Origin: the human T2T-CHM13v2.0 reference genome, Homo sapiens
Direction: 5' to 3' (one strand)
NCBI RefSeq assembly: GCF_009914755.1
Contig: NC_060926.1
DNA length: 64,000 nt
Part shown: positions 32,453-55,115 of the stretch, one piece after another
Numbering within the stretch: the first letter of the stretch is position 1
Layout: each line of letters opens with the position of its first letter
Program-made: the position numbers and the translations under genes
The notes under the pieces: generated by a model
The model's database searches: none
What the model was told of the DNA's origin: nothing
The model's input: the letters and a program-made list of their open reading frames with translations, nothing else

Positions 32453-34089
32453 AGTATTAGAGAAATCTAACTTGAGTTCCTTGGGTATGCCCATCAGAAG
32501 CACAACTAGAGGATCCCAGCCCAATCCTCAAGGGGAATCCCTGGCACTTTGCTCATACATCTTTTTCTCCCATCAATAAGATGGAACAGGTTTTTCTGGC
32601 CTTCTGGAAGCCCTAAGCCATTGTAAGGGGCCTCCCTCAATTCCTGCCATCCTCAGGCTTGAGTAACGACAGCAGTGACTCAGGGTCAGGGTGACAGGGA
32701 GAGGGTATAGGAAGTAAATCATCTCATAAGTTACTGTCTACACTTGCACACAGATCCCTAGGTTTCTCTGAGGACAGCATAAACTTCATTAATAAAGGCT
32801 GATCATCCACACCCACTGCTACGATCCAGGGATGAATGATCAAGTATCAAACAATATGGAAAGGGGCTGGTGCTGAGGGAGGGAAGAGAGCTCCTAAGGG
32901 TTCCAGGAACTTCCCGGCCAGAAGCACAAGTGCAAAAGACCTCAAGGCTCATTGGACAGAGCAGGCCCTTGGAGCCTGGAGCAGGGCCTGCCTTCTCTGA
33001 CTCTGACTTTCTTTACACACTGAGCTTGGCCTGAAAGCAGAGAAGATGAGAAGAAAAGGGTGAGAAGAATAAGGAGCTGTGTTTTATGGAAACTCTCATC
33101 TAGGAATAACTACCACTCCCTCTTTTACTGAGCATCACGTGCCTGGCCCAGAGCATGCACTTGCTGTCTCTTAGCAACTGCCTTGCAAGGTAGCTGTTCT
33201 TAGCTCCATTTTGGGCTCAGAGATTGTGGAACATAGCTCACTGACATGCTCCAACATCTGACTCTTCCTCCAGCCAAGGAACATGCCAGCTGGTCACCCG
33301 GCCACAGTGGATGCTTCAGCCCCAGCCTGATACCACAGGAATTAGGTGGAGGCCTGGATCCACCTCTGCCTGTACTTAGGTAACAGGGAAGAAAAAGTCC
33401 TCACATGAGTCCATGGTCAACCTCTGGGAGCACTGAGGAGGCAAGCCTGCGGTGTGTCTTCCCTGGTGCCTCACACTGGTTCCTCTGCGTCCCTCCGGCT
33501 CCCGTGCGTGCATTCTCCCATACGTGCAGTCTCTCTGACATGCTGAGTCCTCACAGCTTCCCCTCAGGCTCAAAGTGGTAGAGTGTCAGGCTTCATAAAT
33601 GCTCAGCGCCACTGCCCAGGGTGGCACATGCCACTCAGGAGGCAGGTGACACTTGTCCCCTCATGGTGAATGGCCAGCAAACAGCACACTGAGAGGGAAG
33701 CTGGACAACAAGCTCTGACCACCAATCAAGACAAGAGTTGTTCCTGGGGAATTCCCAAGACACAGAATTGGCAGCGAATGCCTGTTTACTGCCACTTGGA
33801 CTCCTTAACAGTCACCTCTGGCCATGTGGAACTTGTTTACTAAGTGGGCTTACCAGGTAAAAGCAAGCAAGCCCTGCAGTGGAGGAGGTGCTCATCACCC
33901 AACTGTCACGTGGACCTCAGGAGGGCCTGCTGACTCCGGGGCTGCTCAGAGAGGATGTTATGTTCCTCAAAAGTACGGGTCATGTGTGGGAGCCTGTCTC
34001 AGCCAGACACAGCAGTCAGCAGGCCTGTGGCCAGGCCACAGGAACCCCTGCACCTGCCCCATGCTCTCCTGGGCTGCTGCACAGGCAGC

Positions 34090-37600
<3,511 letters not shown>

Positions 37601-38552
37601 CATTTTAGGAGGGCTCAAACCCCACAGTGTGGAAGAGAACCACTGGCTTGTGTGGTCTGGCAGCTCTGCCTCCCACTGCACTGGGAGCCCCACGGTCAGG
37701 CTATCCTCAACCCAGCAACTCCCTGTCCTTGCCTGCTTAGCAGCCAGGGGCCATCTCAGAACAGCCTGACTGCTGGCTCATCTGACTGTGGCTGGTTACA
37801 CTTCCTGTTGGGTCATTGATTCAGTGTGAGGACAACAGCTCCAAGAGGCCTCTGGGTGCTATAAACTGACCAGGAGGTGAATGGCAGGGTTTCCTGACAG
37901 CAGGAGAGATTCGGGAAAGACAGTGTGGTCAGAGCCACCCAGGAGTAACCTACAGGCCAAGGGACAGAGCAAGTGTGCCATGGGGCCAAGTGTCTATGAC
38001 AGCATGCCCTCCTTCCTTCTCTGAGCAGGGGGCTAGGGTCACCAAATCAGCTGCCCAGGACTGAGAAGTTTATCCAGATGAAGGACTTACAGGGCTAAAA
38101 TTGGGAAATCCCAGGCAAACTGGGACCTGCTGATAACCCCACAACAAACATGAGCTGAACAAGATGAGTCCACAGAACCAGCTACAAAATTTGTGCAAAG
38201 CCTCACATACTGGGACCATTTGTGATAACCCAGGCCCCATCCTATGCAGCCAGCCGGTCCCACCTGTCCCTGCTCTCCAGAAGTGTGACAGCTCATGGGC
38301 ATGGGTGGGAACAGTGTAAGCCCCACATCCAGATGAAAGGAAGGAGGACTGCTAGAAGAGCAGTTCCCCATAGAGATGGCCCATCGATTCCTGCAGCATG
38401 TCCTGCTGGAACCTCCGCTGGCTCCCATTCCCTCAGTCTCTGAATTGGTCTACCCTTTCTTCCAAGTCCTTCCCTCCAGGGCCCAGGCCCATCTCTCCAT
38501 TGTGTAGGCCAGTGGTTCTCACACTTAACAAAAGCACCAGAAGAATATATGA

Positions 38553-39182
<630 letters not shown>

Positions 39183-39194
39183 CATTTTCATTGA

Positions 39195-40950
<1,756 letters not shown>

Positions 40951-42844
40951 GTGACAGCCCACCTCCCACTTTAAAACAGGACGTTCCGAGTCCTGGTTCC
41001 ACATGTTCAAAAGGCCGTGGCATGGGGGAGTGGGCCTACACCTGAGCTTTGGCTGCGAAAACACTCATTTCAAGGATAGCTGCTAGGCGCTGCCTTCCCC
41101 CATCCCCCTGCTGTTGGCCCCCATCCAAGCATCTCCAGCCTCTGCCAGGCCCTGCCCCCTTCCCCGCCCTCTATGGCCCTGAAGTGGGAGCCGGCTCAGG
41201 GCTGCAGGCTGCCTGCTCAGCGCCGGCACTCGCAGGCCCATCCCTGCTGTGAGCAAACAGACCAGTAGCATCCCTGAGACAGAGATGGACACCACTCCTG
41301 GGTAGGAGGGCAGGCTATGGACATCCGTTGCTGGAAAAGCTGGGAAGAGGGCTGGCAGTGGAGACGCTTCAGGTGCACCGTGTGGACAGACAAGGTTGCA
41401 AGTGATGCTGGTCCTCAAGGTATCAGGTGTGAGTCATCCCAAAAGGACCCTGCCTAAGAGGGTGGCCTGTCAAGAGGAGCCTTCTGGGGGCACAGCAGGG
41501 CCAGGAGTTGAGACATAGGAGGTTGCCCAGAAAGTGTGGGATGCAGCTTAGGCAAAGTGCAGAGGGTGAGCCCCATATCTCCCAAAAGAAGACCACAGAT
41601 GCCCTAGCCTCTCTCCCCCACGCCCTGTCAGGGCCACCATGAGGGATGACCCTCTGTAGCCACAGGGTTGAAACTGCTGAAAATCAAACACAAGTCCTCA
41701 CCATGTGACTGGCTGAATTACAGCAAAAGCTGAACTCCCAGCCTCCCAGGATGTCTACTATTAAAGTGAGGGTATTGATTGGGAGAGGATGACAACCTGT
41801 AAATTGGGATGGGGGTGTATGGGAATATCCTGATGAAACTGGGAGACATTGAGCTCCTAAATTCTGATGAATTCTCTTTGCCCACGGGAGTTGTCTTCCC
41901 ATCCACAGCAAAACTAGCCTCCCCATCCCCAGGGGAAGCAGCCTTCACACCCTTCGTGGTGTTGGCCTTGGCCTGAGGAGATTAACCCTGCATTGCTGGA
42001 GGAAATGATAAAGACCTCCCCTGAGGCAGTTGTCATGCAAGACAATGCTGAGTTTCCTTAGGACCCACCTGTCTTTACTAGACCTATAACTAGACTCAAG
42101 GCCCAGCAGGCCCCCAAAGGTGAGGACATAGCAGGACCCAGGAGGAGGTGTGCCACAATCCAAAAGAACTACTTGAGTTTTCTAATTCATACAGGCAGAA
42201 ATCCAGTAAATGTGTGGAAATGGATCTTAAGGATCCATTAAACATGCAGGATAATGGTGGAAAGACCATAAAGTCGGATCAGGCCAAATGTATTGATGTG
42301 GGCCCACTAAGCAGAGATTCTGCACTGAATGCTGCAGCCCTGGGCGTGTAAAAAAGACCTAATAGTTTAGTTGGTTAGGGGAAACAGATTAAAAGGCGGC
42401 CTACAATGAGCAAGTTGGAGGTGCCAGATATCCCTTGTTTTAATGTAGAGGAAGGGAATTGAAGAGATTGGAATTAGAGTAGATTTGCCATTTTAGACAT
42501 ACTTACCCACACTAGTCCAGACACACCTTTCACCAATATTGTAAGAAATGGGTTTGTGAGGGGAGCCCCAGCATCCTTCAAGAGCTGTTTCATTGCTTTT
42601 CTCTCTGGGCAGACCTTACAGTGGGAACCACAGTCACTCAATTGGAAAATTAAATGCAATGACAGCAACTGATCTCAGGGTGGGAGGAGCCAAGAGGGGA
42701 ACTCAACCACCTAAGACAAGGTGGGTGTGACTACCATAATGGACAGAAGAGACAAAGTAACAATCAGAATAGTCTGACTTGTGTGAATATGTGATGTTGG
42801 ATAGTTGATTATGGCGTTCCTAGAAGTGAAATAGATAGGAAGCT

Positions 42845-43297
42845 TGTACTGAAGTCAACATTAAAAGGTAGAGACAAATCTCTAAATATAACATTTTATT
42901 TGGGATATAAGAATTGCAATTTGGGTCATACACACAGACCAGGTGTTTTTCAGTATGTCCAAAGAACAAAGAGCAGGTTGGGGATTTTATAGAATAGATG
43001 AATGTTGCTCGTGGTCTTGAGAGAAAGTTTATTTGTATTAGTAAAGCTTTGGGACTAGCAAGCTGATTGGTGAACGATAGCAGTGGACACAATGAGCCCT
43101 ACATTGGCGGCAAGATATTCCACAAGCTATAGACAAAACTGGTCTCAGGTTACAATAGACAGTTTTGGCTGCTGGACTTGCAGAAAATTGCATTTCTGAA
43201 GCGATGTTATAAATCCTGAGTGTTTTTCCCTCCTTGGCCCTCAACTCAGATTTAATTGGGTGTGACAAGAATCACACATTTATGATCAACTTTCATA
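42845..43297 (-). mobile_element. ERV1-class (MER-type) solo LTR inserted in ERV-L gag
   Basis: It interrupts the ERV-L text gaaatagataggaagc|ctattaaattct. The reverse strand begins tatgaaagttgatcataaatgtgtgattcttgtcacacccaattaaatctgag. Confidence 0.6.
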
Positions 43298-43738
43298 CCT
43301 ATTAAATTCTTAATCTGTATAAGCAGAAAACTTCCAGGTCGAGTTAACAAAAATCTTACTTGAATCATGAAAATAGAACATCATGGTCCATGCAGGGGAA
43401 GCACAGTCCCCTCCAGAAAGGATCCTGTATGCTATCAAAAACCTCTACTGTTAATCTTTCTCTCAGCCTTCCCTAGAGAGACCTTTGACCTTTTACCAGG
43501 GTCATTGTGTACTAGGAAAAAGAAAATAATCAGACCTCTCAGGCACTCTGGGACACTGGCTCTGAACTGACATTCATTCCAGAAGACCAGAAGCATCCCT
43601 GTGGCCCTCCAGGGGCTTACGGAGGTCAGGTGGTCAAGGGAGTTTTAGCTCAGGTCCATCTCACAGTGGGCCCATTGGGTCCCCAGGCTCAGTCTATGCG
43701 GTTATTTCCTAAGTTCCAGAATGCATAATTGGAACATA

Positions 43739-44393
<655 letters not shown>

Positions 44394-45937
44394 TACTTAG
44401 TAGCTAGCAGAGTACCATGTTGGTTCCCTGAGGACTCTTCTGATAGGCAAATCCAAATGAAAGCCACTGAAGCTGCCTTTGCCTAAGAAAACCAAAAGCA
44501 TTGCTGCATTCTAGAGAGACTGCAGAGATTCGGAGATTAGCACCAGCATCAAGGACTTAAAAGATACAGGAGTGGTGATTCCCACCACATCCCCATTCAA
44601 CCCTCCTATCTGGCCTGTGCTAAAGAGAGATAGATCTCAGACAATGACAGTGGCTTCTTGTAAGCTTAACCAAGTGGTGACTCCTATTGCAATTGTTGTA
44701 CCAGCTGTGGTTTCACTGCTTCAGCAAATTAACACAGTAAGCAGCTATTGATCTGACAAATGCCTTTTTCTCCATGTCTTTCTGTAAGGTTCACCAGAAG
44801 CAGTTTGCTTTCAGCTGGCAAGGCCAGCACTACCCCTCCACTGTCCTACCTCAGAAGTATGTCAACTCTACAACCCTATGTTATAAATTAGATTGCAGGG
44901 ATCTCAATTTCTTTTCCCTCCTGCAAGATAGCACACTGGTCTATCATGACACTGATGACCTAGTGCTGACTGGACCATAAGTGAGAAATAGCAACTACTC
45001 TTAACTTACTGGTGAGATATTTGTGTGTCAGAGGCTGAGAGAGAACTCTAACTGAAATTCAGGGATCTTCTACCTCAGTGAAATTTCTGGGGGTCCAGAA
45101 AATGTTGAAAATATCCTTTCTCTCTTTTTTAAAACTATCTGGAGATATGAAATATCCTTTCTAAGGTGAAGAAAGAATACATGATTGCATGTGGCCCCTC
45201 TTACAAACTAGAAAAAGACACAATTACTAGCGGGCCTACTTGGATTTTGGAGGCAACATATTCCTCATTTGGGTGTGTTACTACAGCCCATTTATTGAGT
45301 GACCTGAAAAGCGGCTAGTTCTGAGTGGGGCCCAGAACAGGAGAAGGCGCTGCAACAGGTCCAAGCTGCTGTGCAGGCTGCTTTGCCACTTGAGCCATGT
45401 GACCCAGCAGATCTAGTGGTGCTCAAGGTGGCAGTGGCAGACAGGGATGCTATTTGGAGCCCCCATAGGTGACCCAAAGTGCAAGCTCTTAGAATTTTAA
45501 AGCAAAATCCTGCCATCCTCTGTGGATCTTTTTGAGAGACAGCTCTTGGCCTGCTACCGGGCCTTAGCAGACACTAAACACTTAATCATGGGTAAACCAG
45601 TCACCATGTGAGCTGAGATGCCCGTTATGAACTGGGTGTTATGTGATCCAACAAGCCATACAGTTGAGCAGGCATAGCAACACTCCATTATCAAGTGGAA
45701 GTGGTCTATACATGACTGGGCCTGAGCAGGCTCTGAAGACACAAGCAAGTTACATGAAAAAGTGGCTGAAGTGCACATGGTCCCCCTGCCTGCTGCACTG
45801 CCTTTTCTCTCTCAGTCTTCACCTATGGCCTCATGGACGTTCACATGCAAAATAATGAAATCAGGCCCTCTCCTTACACTAGATACAAAAATAACCCAAA
45901 ATGGATTAAATATCTAAATGCAAAGTATTTACTTTAA

Positions 45938-46245
<308 letters not shown>

Positions 46246-46398
46246 TTAGAACTATAAAACTCCTAGAAGAAAATATAGGGAAAAATCTTTATGACATTGG
46301 ATTTGGCAATGATTTCTTAGATATGATACCAAAAGCCCAGGCAACAAAAGAAACAGATAATAAATCAATTGAACTTTATCAAAATTAAAAACTTTTAT

Positions 46399-46710
<312 letters not shown>

Positions 46711-46863
46711 AACTTTTATGTATCAAAGTACACTATCAATAGGATAAAAAGGTAACTCATAGAATAGGAGAAAATATTTGCAAATCATATATCTGATAAG
46801 GGGTTATTATCCAGAATATATATTTTTAAAACTCCTACATTTCAACAATAAAAAAAAAGGTCA

Positions 46864-47262
<399 letters not shown>

Positions 47263-47552
47263 TTACAGAAATACAAATCAAAATCACAATGAGATACCAT
47301 TTCACACCCATTAGGATAGTTACTATCAAAATTGTGTAGCCACTATGGGAAATAGCATGGAGGGTTCCTCAAAAAAGTAAAAGTAGAATTACCATATGAT
47401 CCAGCAAACTCACTTCTGGGTATACATCCAAAAGAACTGAAAACAAGATCTCAAAGCGATATCTACACACCCACGTTCATTGCAATGCTATTCACAATAC
47501 CCAGGGGGTGGAGGCAACTCAGTGTTTTTCAACAGATAAATGGATAAAGTAG

Positions 47553-47987
<435 letters not shown>

Positions 47988-48933
47988 TGAGGACAGTAGG
48001 CTACTTGAAACAAGCCAATCATGAAATGACAAATACAGTATGATTTCATTCATATGAAGTCCCTACAGTCACCAAATTCATAGAGACAAAAAGAATGATG
48101 ATAACCAAGGGACACAGGGAGGAGAAAGGGGAGTTGTTCAATGGGTACAGAGTTTCAATTTTGCAAGATGAAAATGTTCTGGAGATGTTCTACAACAGTG
48201 TGGATACAGTTACCACTACTGAACTGCACACCTAAAAATAGTTCAGATGATAAACTTTATGTTAAGAATTTTTTTACCTTAATTTAAAATTTTTAAAAGA
48301 CCACATATTGAATTATTCCACTTATATGAAATGTCCAGAATTGGGCAAATCCATGAAGACAGAAAGTGGATTGGTGATTTCCTAGGGCTGGGGAAAAGGG
48401 GAAGTTTGGGGTGATTCCTAATGAGCATGAAGGTTTTTGGGAGGAGATTAAAATATTCTAAAATTGGATTATGGTGATGGTTGTATAAGCCTGAATAGAT
48501 TAGAAACCATCGACGTACACAATGTTTTAAAAGGTGAATTGTGTGGTATGTTAATTACGTCTCTATGAAACCCCTTAATAAGGGGTAGGATGTGGGCAGT
48601 GAGCCCAGGAAATGGAAGCCAGAGGAAGCAGAGGGGTGCCGGCAGCCACAGCCAGGCAGGTGCCAGAGAGAGCTTGGAGTTGATTAGCAGGGACATGGAC
48701 ACATCTTGCTTTTTCTGTGTGGTATAACCTACTGTTCTGCTTCCTCACCAACACTTCAGTGAAGTCCACATTGCTTGCAAATGCTTTGAGTTGCTACTGT
48801 GCTTGCGTTTCAGATGGACCCCTACTGAGTCTGATCCCACTGAGACCCTGTGACCTTCTGGGTCTCCATGCCTCCTGCTGGGTCTGGCACTTGCAGGCGC
48901 TCGGCAATGTTACTCCATTGGAAGCGTGAATAA

Positions 48934-49276
<343 letters not shown>

Positions 49277-49399
49277 CAGATTACCATTTCTTAACTTTTC
49301 CCATTTCTCCTCCAGAGTCTGCCTGGAGGCTGAGGTCACCTTTCCCAGGGGCTTGGCACTCCAGTGAGAAGGGAATACCTGGCCATCAAGCACCCACCT

Positions 49400-49590
49400 G
49401 TGCTAGACATCTTGTTAGCTGCTTTACCTATTTTTTCATTTAATACTCACAACAATAAATTATGCAAGATGGTCACTCTTATCACCTCATGTACAAATTG
49501 AGAGAGTTTAAGTGACTTGCCTAGAGCCACATAGCAAGGAAGTGGCTATCCATGAACAACTGAGACCACTCTGCTCCAGAGCTTTCCACC
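49400..49590 (-). mobile_element. MIR fragment
   Basis: ttaatactcacaacaa...gtttaagtgacttgcctagagccacatagc. Confidence 0.6.
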
Positions 49591-50899
49591 CCACTCCAGT
49601 GTGACCTCAAGCCCCTCAAACCTTCACGTATAAGTCTCTAACAGTGGAAGTTTAGGCCCTGGTGGGGATGAGAGTGTATGAGACAATACCTCTCTCTGCC
49701 TGGAAACCCATCTCATCTTGTGTTCCATCGTGAAGACTAGGGAAGTGCTGGGAGCATTCTTCCAGTGCTAAAGTGGGTGGAAGAAAGGGCTGCCTTCTCT
49801 GCTGAGGACAGGTCTAGTCAGGATCTCAGAGGAGCCAAGAGGACACTCCCAGACACAATCACCCTCAGCCTGCACTGGCTGGCAGCCAGAAGAGGCTATG
49901 GCTGACTGCACCAAGGCTGGCCTCACCCAGGCAGGCCTAGCCAGGAGGGAGGGTCCCTGCAAGCACCCACAGCCTGGCCCTGGGAGGAACTGGGCTCTCT
50001 TGGTTGGGGCACAGGGAATCCACTCCCCTATAGCTCCCAGAATTATCCCCATTTCTAGACAAGCCCCGCCCCCCAACTGACACACACGTGAGACCCTGCT
50101 GAAAGCATGCACTGCCACACCCATATTTTATGTAACACACTCGTCACATGTGCAGCGCATATGCGGCCACTGTCTTACGCATGGACCGAGAGCTGCATTT
50201 AAAACTCAACTCAAACTATTGCAAGAAAAATAAGGCTTTGGTGGAAACTGAATGTGATGGTGCCTGACAGACAGCCCCAGTTTGCACTAGCCCCCACCTG
50301 CAAAAGAACTGGGCTGGGCTCTGGGTTGGGAAAGAGGAGTAAAGCAGAAGAGAGCCAGGAGGAGGTGGCAGGAGGCACACGCTTCCCCCACGTCGCACTT
50401 GGGAGAGGAGTGCTCTGGCGCCTCTGGGAAGAAACTCCTCGGTGCTCCCCAGGGAAGCCTCCCCTGGGTCGAGAGTGCCCTGGGGAGGAGGATGGGCCTC
50501 CCCAGGGTGTTCTCTGCCTGTTCCCCGCTCTCCCAGCACATTCCCAAGATCCACACACCCACCTCTCTTCTCTGCACCCTGAGGATGCACTGATAGCCAC
50601 AGTGAGCCTGTTTCTAGTGGGAACAGAGAGCTGAAGGTGGAAAAGAAAGAGAAGCATAACCCAGCCTTCCCCGCAGTGTTCCGAAAGGTTCTGGAGCAGG
50701 TTTTCTTCCTGGTGTCCTGGCTCACAGACTTGTTTTGTCTTGTTTCCCCCATGGGTTTATCCTGGCAGCCTCTGCTGGTCTTGAACTTGTCCCCGATCCC
50801 TGCTGCCTCCTGGCTGCTGGCCAGCCCTTCTGCGGTTCGTAGCCCACCACAAACTCAGTTCAGAACCACTCTGCCTCTGCAGATCACTCCTGGATAAGA

Positions 50900-51155
50900 C
50901 ATTGGCACTTCCTCAAAATGCTAAACACAGATACCATATGGCCAGCAATCCTACTCTGGGTATATCCAAGAAAAATGAAAATATGTCCATGCAAAACCCG
51001 GTACACAAATGCTCATAACAGTATTAGTCATAATAGCCAAAAGGTGGAAACAGCCCAAATGTCCATCAAGTGATGAATGGATAAACAAAATGCGGTATGT
51101 CCAAACAATGGAATATTATTCAGCAATTAAAACAAATCAAGTCCTGACACATACT
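50900..51155 (+). mobile_element. L1 3' fragment
   Basis: atagccaaaaggtggaaacagcccaaatgtccatcaagtgatgaatggataaacaaaatg (L1 ORF2 C-terminus). Confidence 0.8.
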
Positions 51156-51700
51156 TCTCACTGGAGGCAAAGTCTAAAGGCCTTGCAATGCCTACAGTTC
51201 CTTGCGTGATCTCTTACAAGCACTTGTCTGCGTCTCAGGCCCAGGCCCCTGGCTTACTCCCTTGTAGCCAAACTGGACATGGCAGGCAATTGCGACACCA
51301 GGTTTCTCACGCTGGCTATCCCTCTTCCTGGAATGTTCTTCCCCTAGGACCTTTATGACTCACTCTCTCACCTACTACTTGCCGAAAAATAAAGCTGACC
51401 TTCCCTTCCCTCCTATGTAGGGAGGTGCTCTCCAGCTAGCAAAAAATACAGACAGCAAGCAATGTCTTCAGAGCACAAATTTGTAATGTCAGAAATTGAA
51501 AAATACAACTAGAGTAAATCAGTCCCCTAGTGTACTGAGTCCCCGTGTACCTCACCAAATTTATTTTTGTAAATCTACAAACCTTTTCTATGCATCTAAA
51601 GAGAATATATTTTAAATACATGACAGCAGCTACCCTTGAGCTGAGGGAATAGGGATGGGTATTCAGGATAAAAGGGAAAGTAATACATAAAATAATTTAA

Positions 51701-52340
<640 letters not shown>

Positions 52341-54273
52341 ATTCATAATAATTTAAATTAAATGGAGAAAAAAATAAGAGAGGGTTCTCGTCACATTGAT
52401 GGTAGTAGTCTGTGCCCCTGAACTGAGAAGTGTGAATAATTCAACTCCCTGCATCCCAAGTGCCCCGCCTCCGCCCCCCGCCAATAAAAAGATGAACAAG
52501 GAACAGGAAAGACACTGCTGAACATCAAATTACTCCTAAAGGAAGGATTTAAGATACAGATGAAAACGACGGAAAAAAATCTTTCCAAACTAATCTATGC
52601 TCTCATTACAGCATCCATAGTTACCAAGCTATAATGAGTGCCTAGGACATACATTCACTTGGAGTGGCAGGAGTTAAGGAGAGAGAAAATGGGCCTGGCC
52701 TCTCCAGGTCTGGATCACTGCGCCGCCAGGAGCTCCCCACCTTTGTCCCCCGCTGTTGCCACACGGGAGCCCCCGAGGCAGTGCTCTGCCAGGTGAGAGG
52801 ACAGACAGAGAATGTGTGAGAAGGGGTGAGAGGGGAGTAAGAAGGGCAGCCTGGGGTTTCACTATGTCGGCCAGGCTTGACAGCAGAGAAGGTAGCCCTT
52901 TCTTCCACCCACTTCTCTCCTGTTAATAGTCGCCATTCTGACTGGCATGAGATGGTATCTCATTGTGGTTTTGATTTGCATTTCTCTAATGATCAGTGAT
53001 GTTGAGCCTTTTTTCATGCGGCCAAATGAATGTCTTCTTTTGAGAAGTGTCTGTTTATGTTGTTTGCCCACTTTCTAATGGGGTTGTTTTTTTTCTTGTA
53101 AATTTGTTTAAGTTCCTTGTAGATTCTGGATATTAGACCTTTGCCAGATGGATAGATTGCAAAAAATTTCTCCCATTCTGTAGGATGTCTGTTCACTCTG
53201 ATGATAGTTTCTTTTGCTGTGCAGAAGCTGTTTAGTTTAATTAGACCCCATTTGTCAATTTTTGCTTTTGTTGTAATTGCTTTTGACGTTTTCATCGTGA
53301 AATTTTTGCCTGTGCCTATGTCCTGAATGGTACTGCCTAGATTTTCTTCTAGGGTTTTTATAGTTTTGGCTTTTACATTTAAGTCTTTAATCCATCTTGA
53401 GTTAATTTTTGTATAAGGTGTAAAGAAGGGGTCCAGTTTCAATCTCCTACATATAGCTAGCCAGTTCTCCCAGCACCATTTATTAAATAGGGAATCCATT
53501 CCCTGTTGCTTGTTTTTGTCAGGTATGTCAAAGATCAGATGGTTGTAGATATGTGATCTTATTTCTGAGTTCTCTATTCTGTTCCATTGGTGTATGTGTC
53601 TGTTTTTGTACCGGTACCATGCTGTTTTGGTTACTGTAGCCTTGTAGTTCATGGCACAGCCTGGGAGTTCATTCATGATTTGGCTCTCTGTTGGTCTCTT
53701 ACTGGTGTATAGGAATGCTTGTGACTTTTGCACATTGATTTTGTATCCTGAGACTTTGCTGAAGTTGCTTATAAGCTTAAGAAGCTTTGGGGCTGAGAGG
53801 ATGGGGTTTTCTAGAGATAGGATCATGTCACCTGCAAACAGAGACAGTTTGACTTCCTCTCTTTCCTATTTGAATACCATTTATTTCTTTCTCTTGCTTG
53901 ATTGCCCTGGCCAGAACTTCCAATACCATGTTGAATAGGACTGGTGAGAGAGGGCAGCCTTGTCTTGTGCTGGTTTCAAGGGGAATGCTTCCAGCTTTTG
54001 CCCATTCAGTATGCTATTGGCTGTGGGTTTGCCATAAATGGCTCTCATTATTTTGAGGTATGTTCTTTCAATACCTAGTTTATTGAGAATTTTTAACATG
54101 AAGGGATGTTGAATTTTATCAAAGGCCTTTTCTGTGTCTATTGAGATAATCATGTGGGTTTTGTCTTTAGTTCTGTTTACGTGCTGAATTACATTTATTG
54201 ATTTGCATATGTTGAACCAGCCTTACATCCTGGGGATGAAGCCGATTTGATCATGGTGGATAAGCTTTTTTTT

Positions 54274-54684
54274 GCTTGTTTGTTTTGTTTTGTTATTATA
54301 CTTTAATTTCTGGGATACATGTGCACAATGTGCAGGTTTGTTACATATGTATACATGTGCCATGTTGGTTTGCTGCACCCATCAACTCATCATTTACATT
54401 AGGTATTTCTCCTAATGCTATCCGTCCCCCAGCCCCCCAGGCCCCAACAGGCCCTGGTGTGTGATGTCCCCCGCCCTGTGTCCCAGTGTTCTCATTGTTC
54501 ACTTCCCACCTATGAGTGAGAACATGCGGTGTTTGGTTTTCTGTCCTTGAGATAGTTTGCTTAGAATGATGGTTTCTAGCTTCATCCAGGTCCCTGCAAA
54601 GGACCTGAACTCATCCTTTTTTATGGCTGCATAGTATTCCATGGTGTATATGTGCCACATTTTCTTAATCCAGTCTATCACTGA
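54274..54684 (-). mobile_element. 5'-truncated L1PA 3' end inserted in the L1 host
   Basis: ttattatactttaatttctgggatacatgtgcac...cccacctatgagtgagaacatgcgg; flanked by gataagcttttt. Confidence 0.88.
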
Positions 54685-54689
54685 TAAGC

Positions 54690-54989
54690 TTTTTTTTTTG
54701 AACGGAGTCTTATTCTGTCACCCAGGCTGGAGTGCAATGGCGCCATCTCGGCTCACTGCAAACAAATTCTGCCTGCCAGGCTCAAGTGATTCTCCTGCCT
54801 CAGCCTCCCGAGTAGCAAGTAGCAGTGATTACAGGCATGTGCCACCACTCCCAGCTAATTTTTGTATTTTTAGTAGAGACAGGTTTCACCATGTTGGCCA
54901 GGTTGGTCTCGAACTCCTGACTTCAGGTGATCCACCTGCCTCAGCCTCCCAAAGTCCTCAGATTATAGGCATGAGCCACCACACCCAGC
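54690..54989 (-). mobile_element. AluS-like
   Basis: Alu consensus flanked by taagcttttt. Confidence 0.88.
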
Positions 54990-55115
54990 TGGGTAAGCTT
55001 TTTGCTGTGCCGCTGGATTTGGTTTGCCAGTATTTTATTGAGGATTTTTGCATCAGTGTTCATCAGAGAGTAATTGGCCTGAAGTTTTATTTTTTTGTTG
55101 TAGCTGTACCCAGGC

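Larger units (their letters stand above)
52920..55100 (-). mobile_element. L1PA-like ORF2 relic (antisense) with internal deletions and insertions
   Basis: ORFs 53014..53826 and 53881..54153 translate to L1 ORF2 ([39 protein letters not shown]). Confidence 0.92.

Noticed and set aside
44774-44980. Reverse-transcriptase-like ORF as a possible domesticated gene
   Set aside because: Only 68 aa, the catalytic motif is mutated, and it is surrounded by stops and frameshifts, so it is a decayed ERV-L pol.
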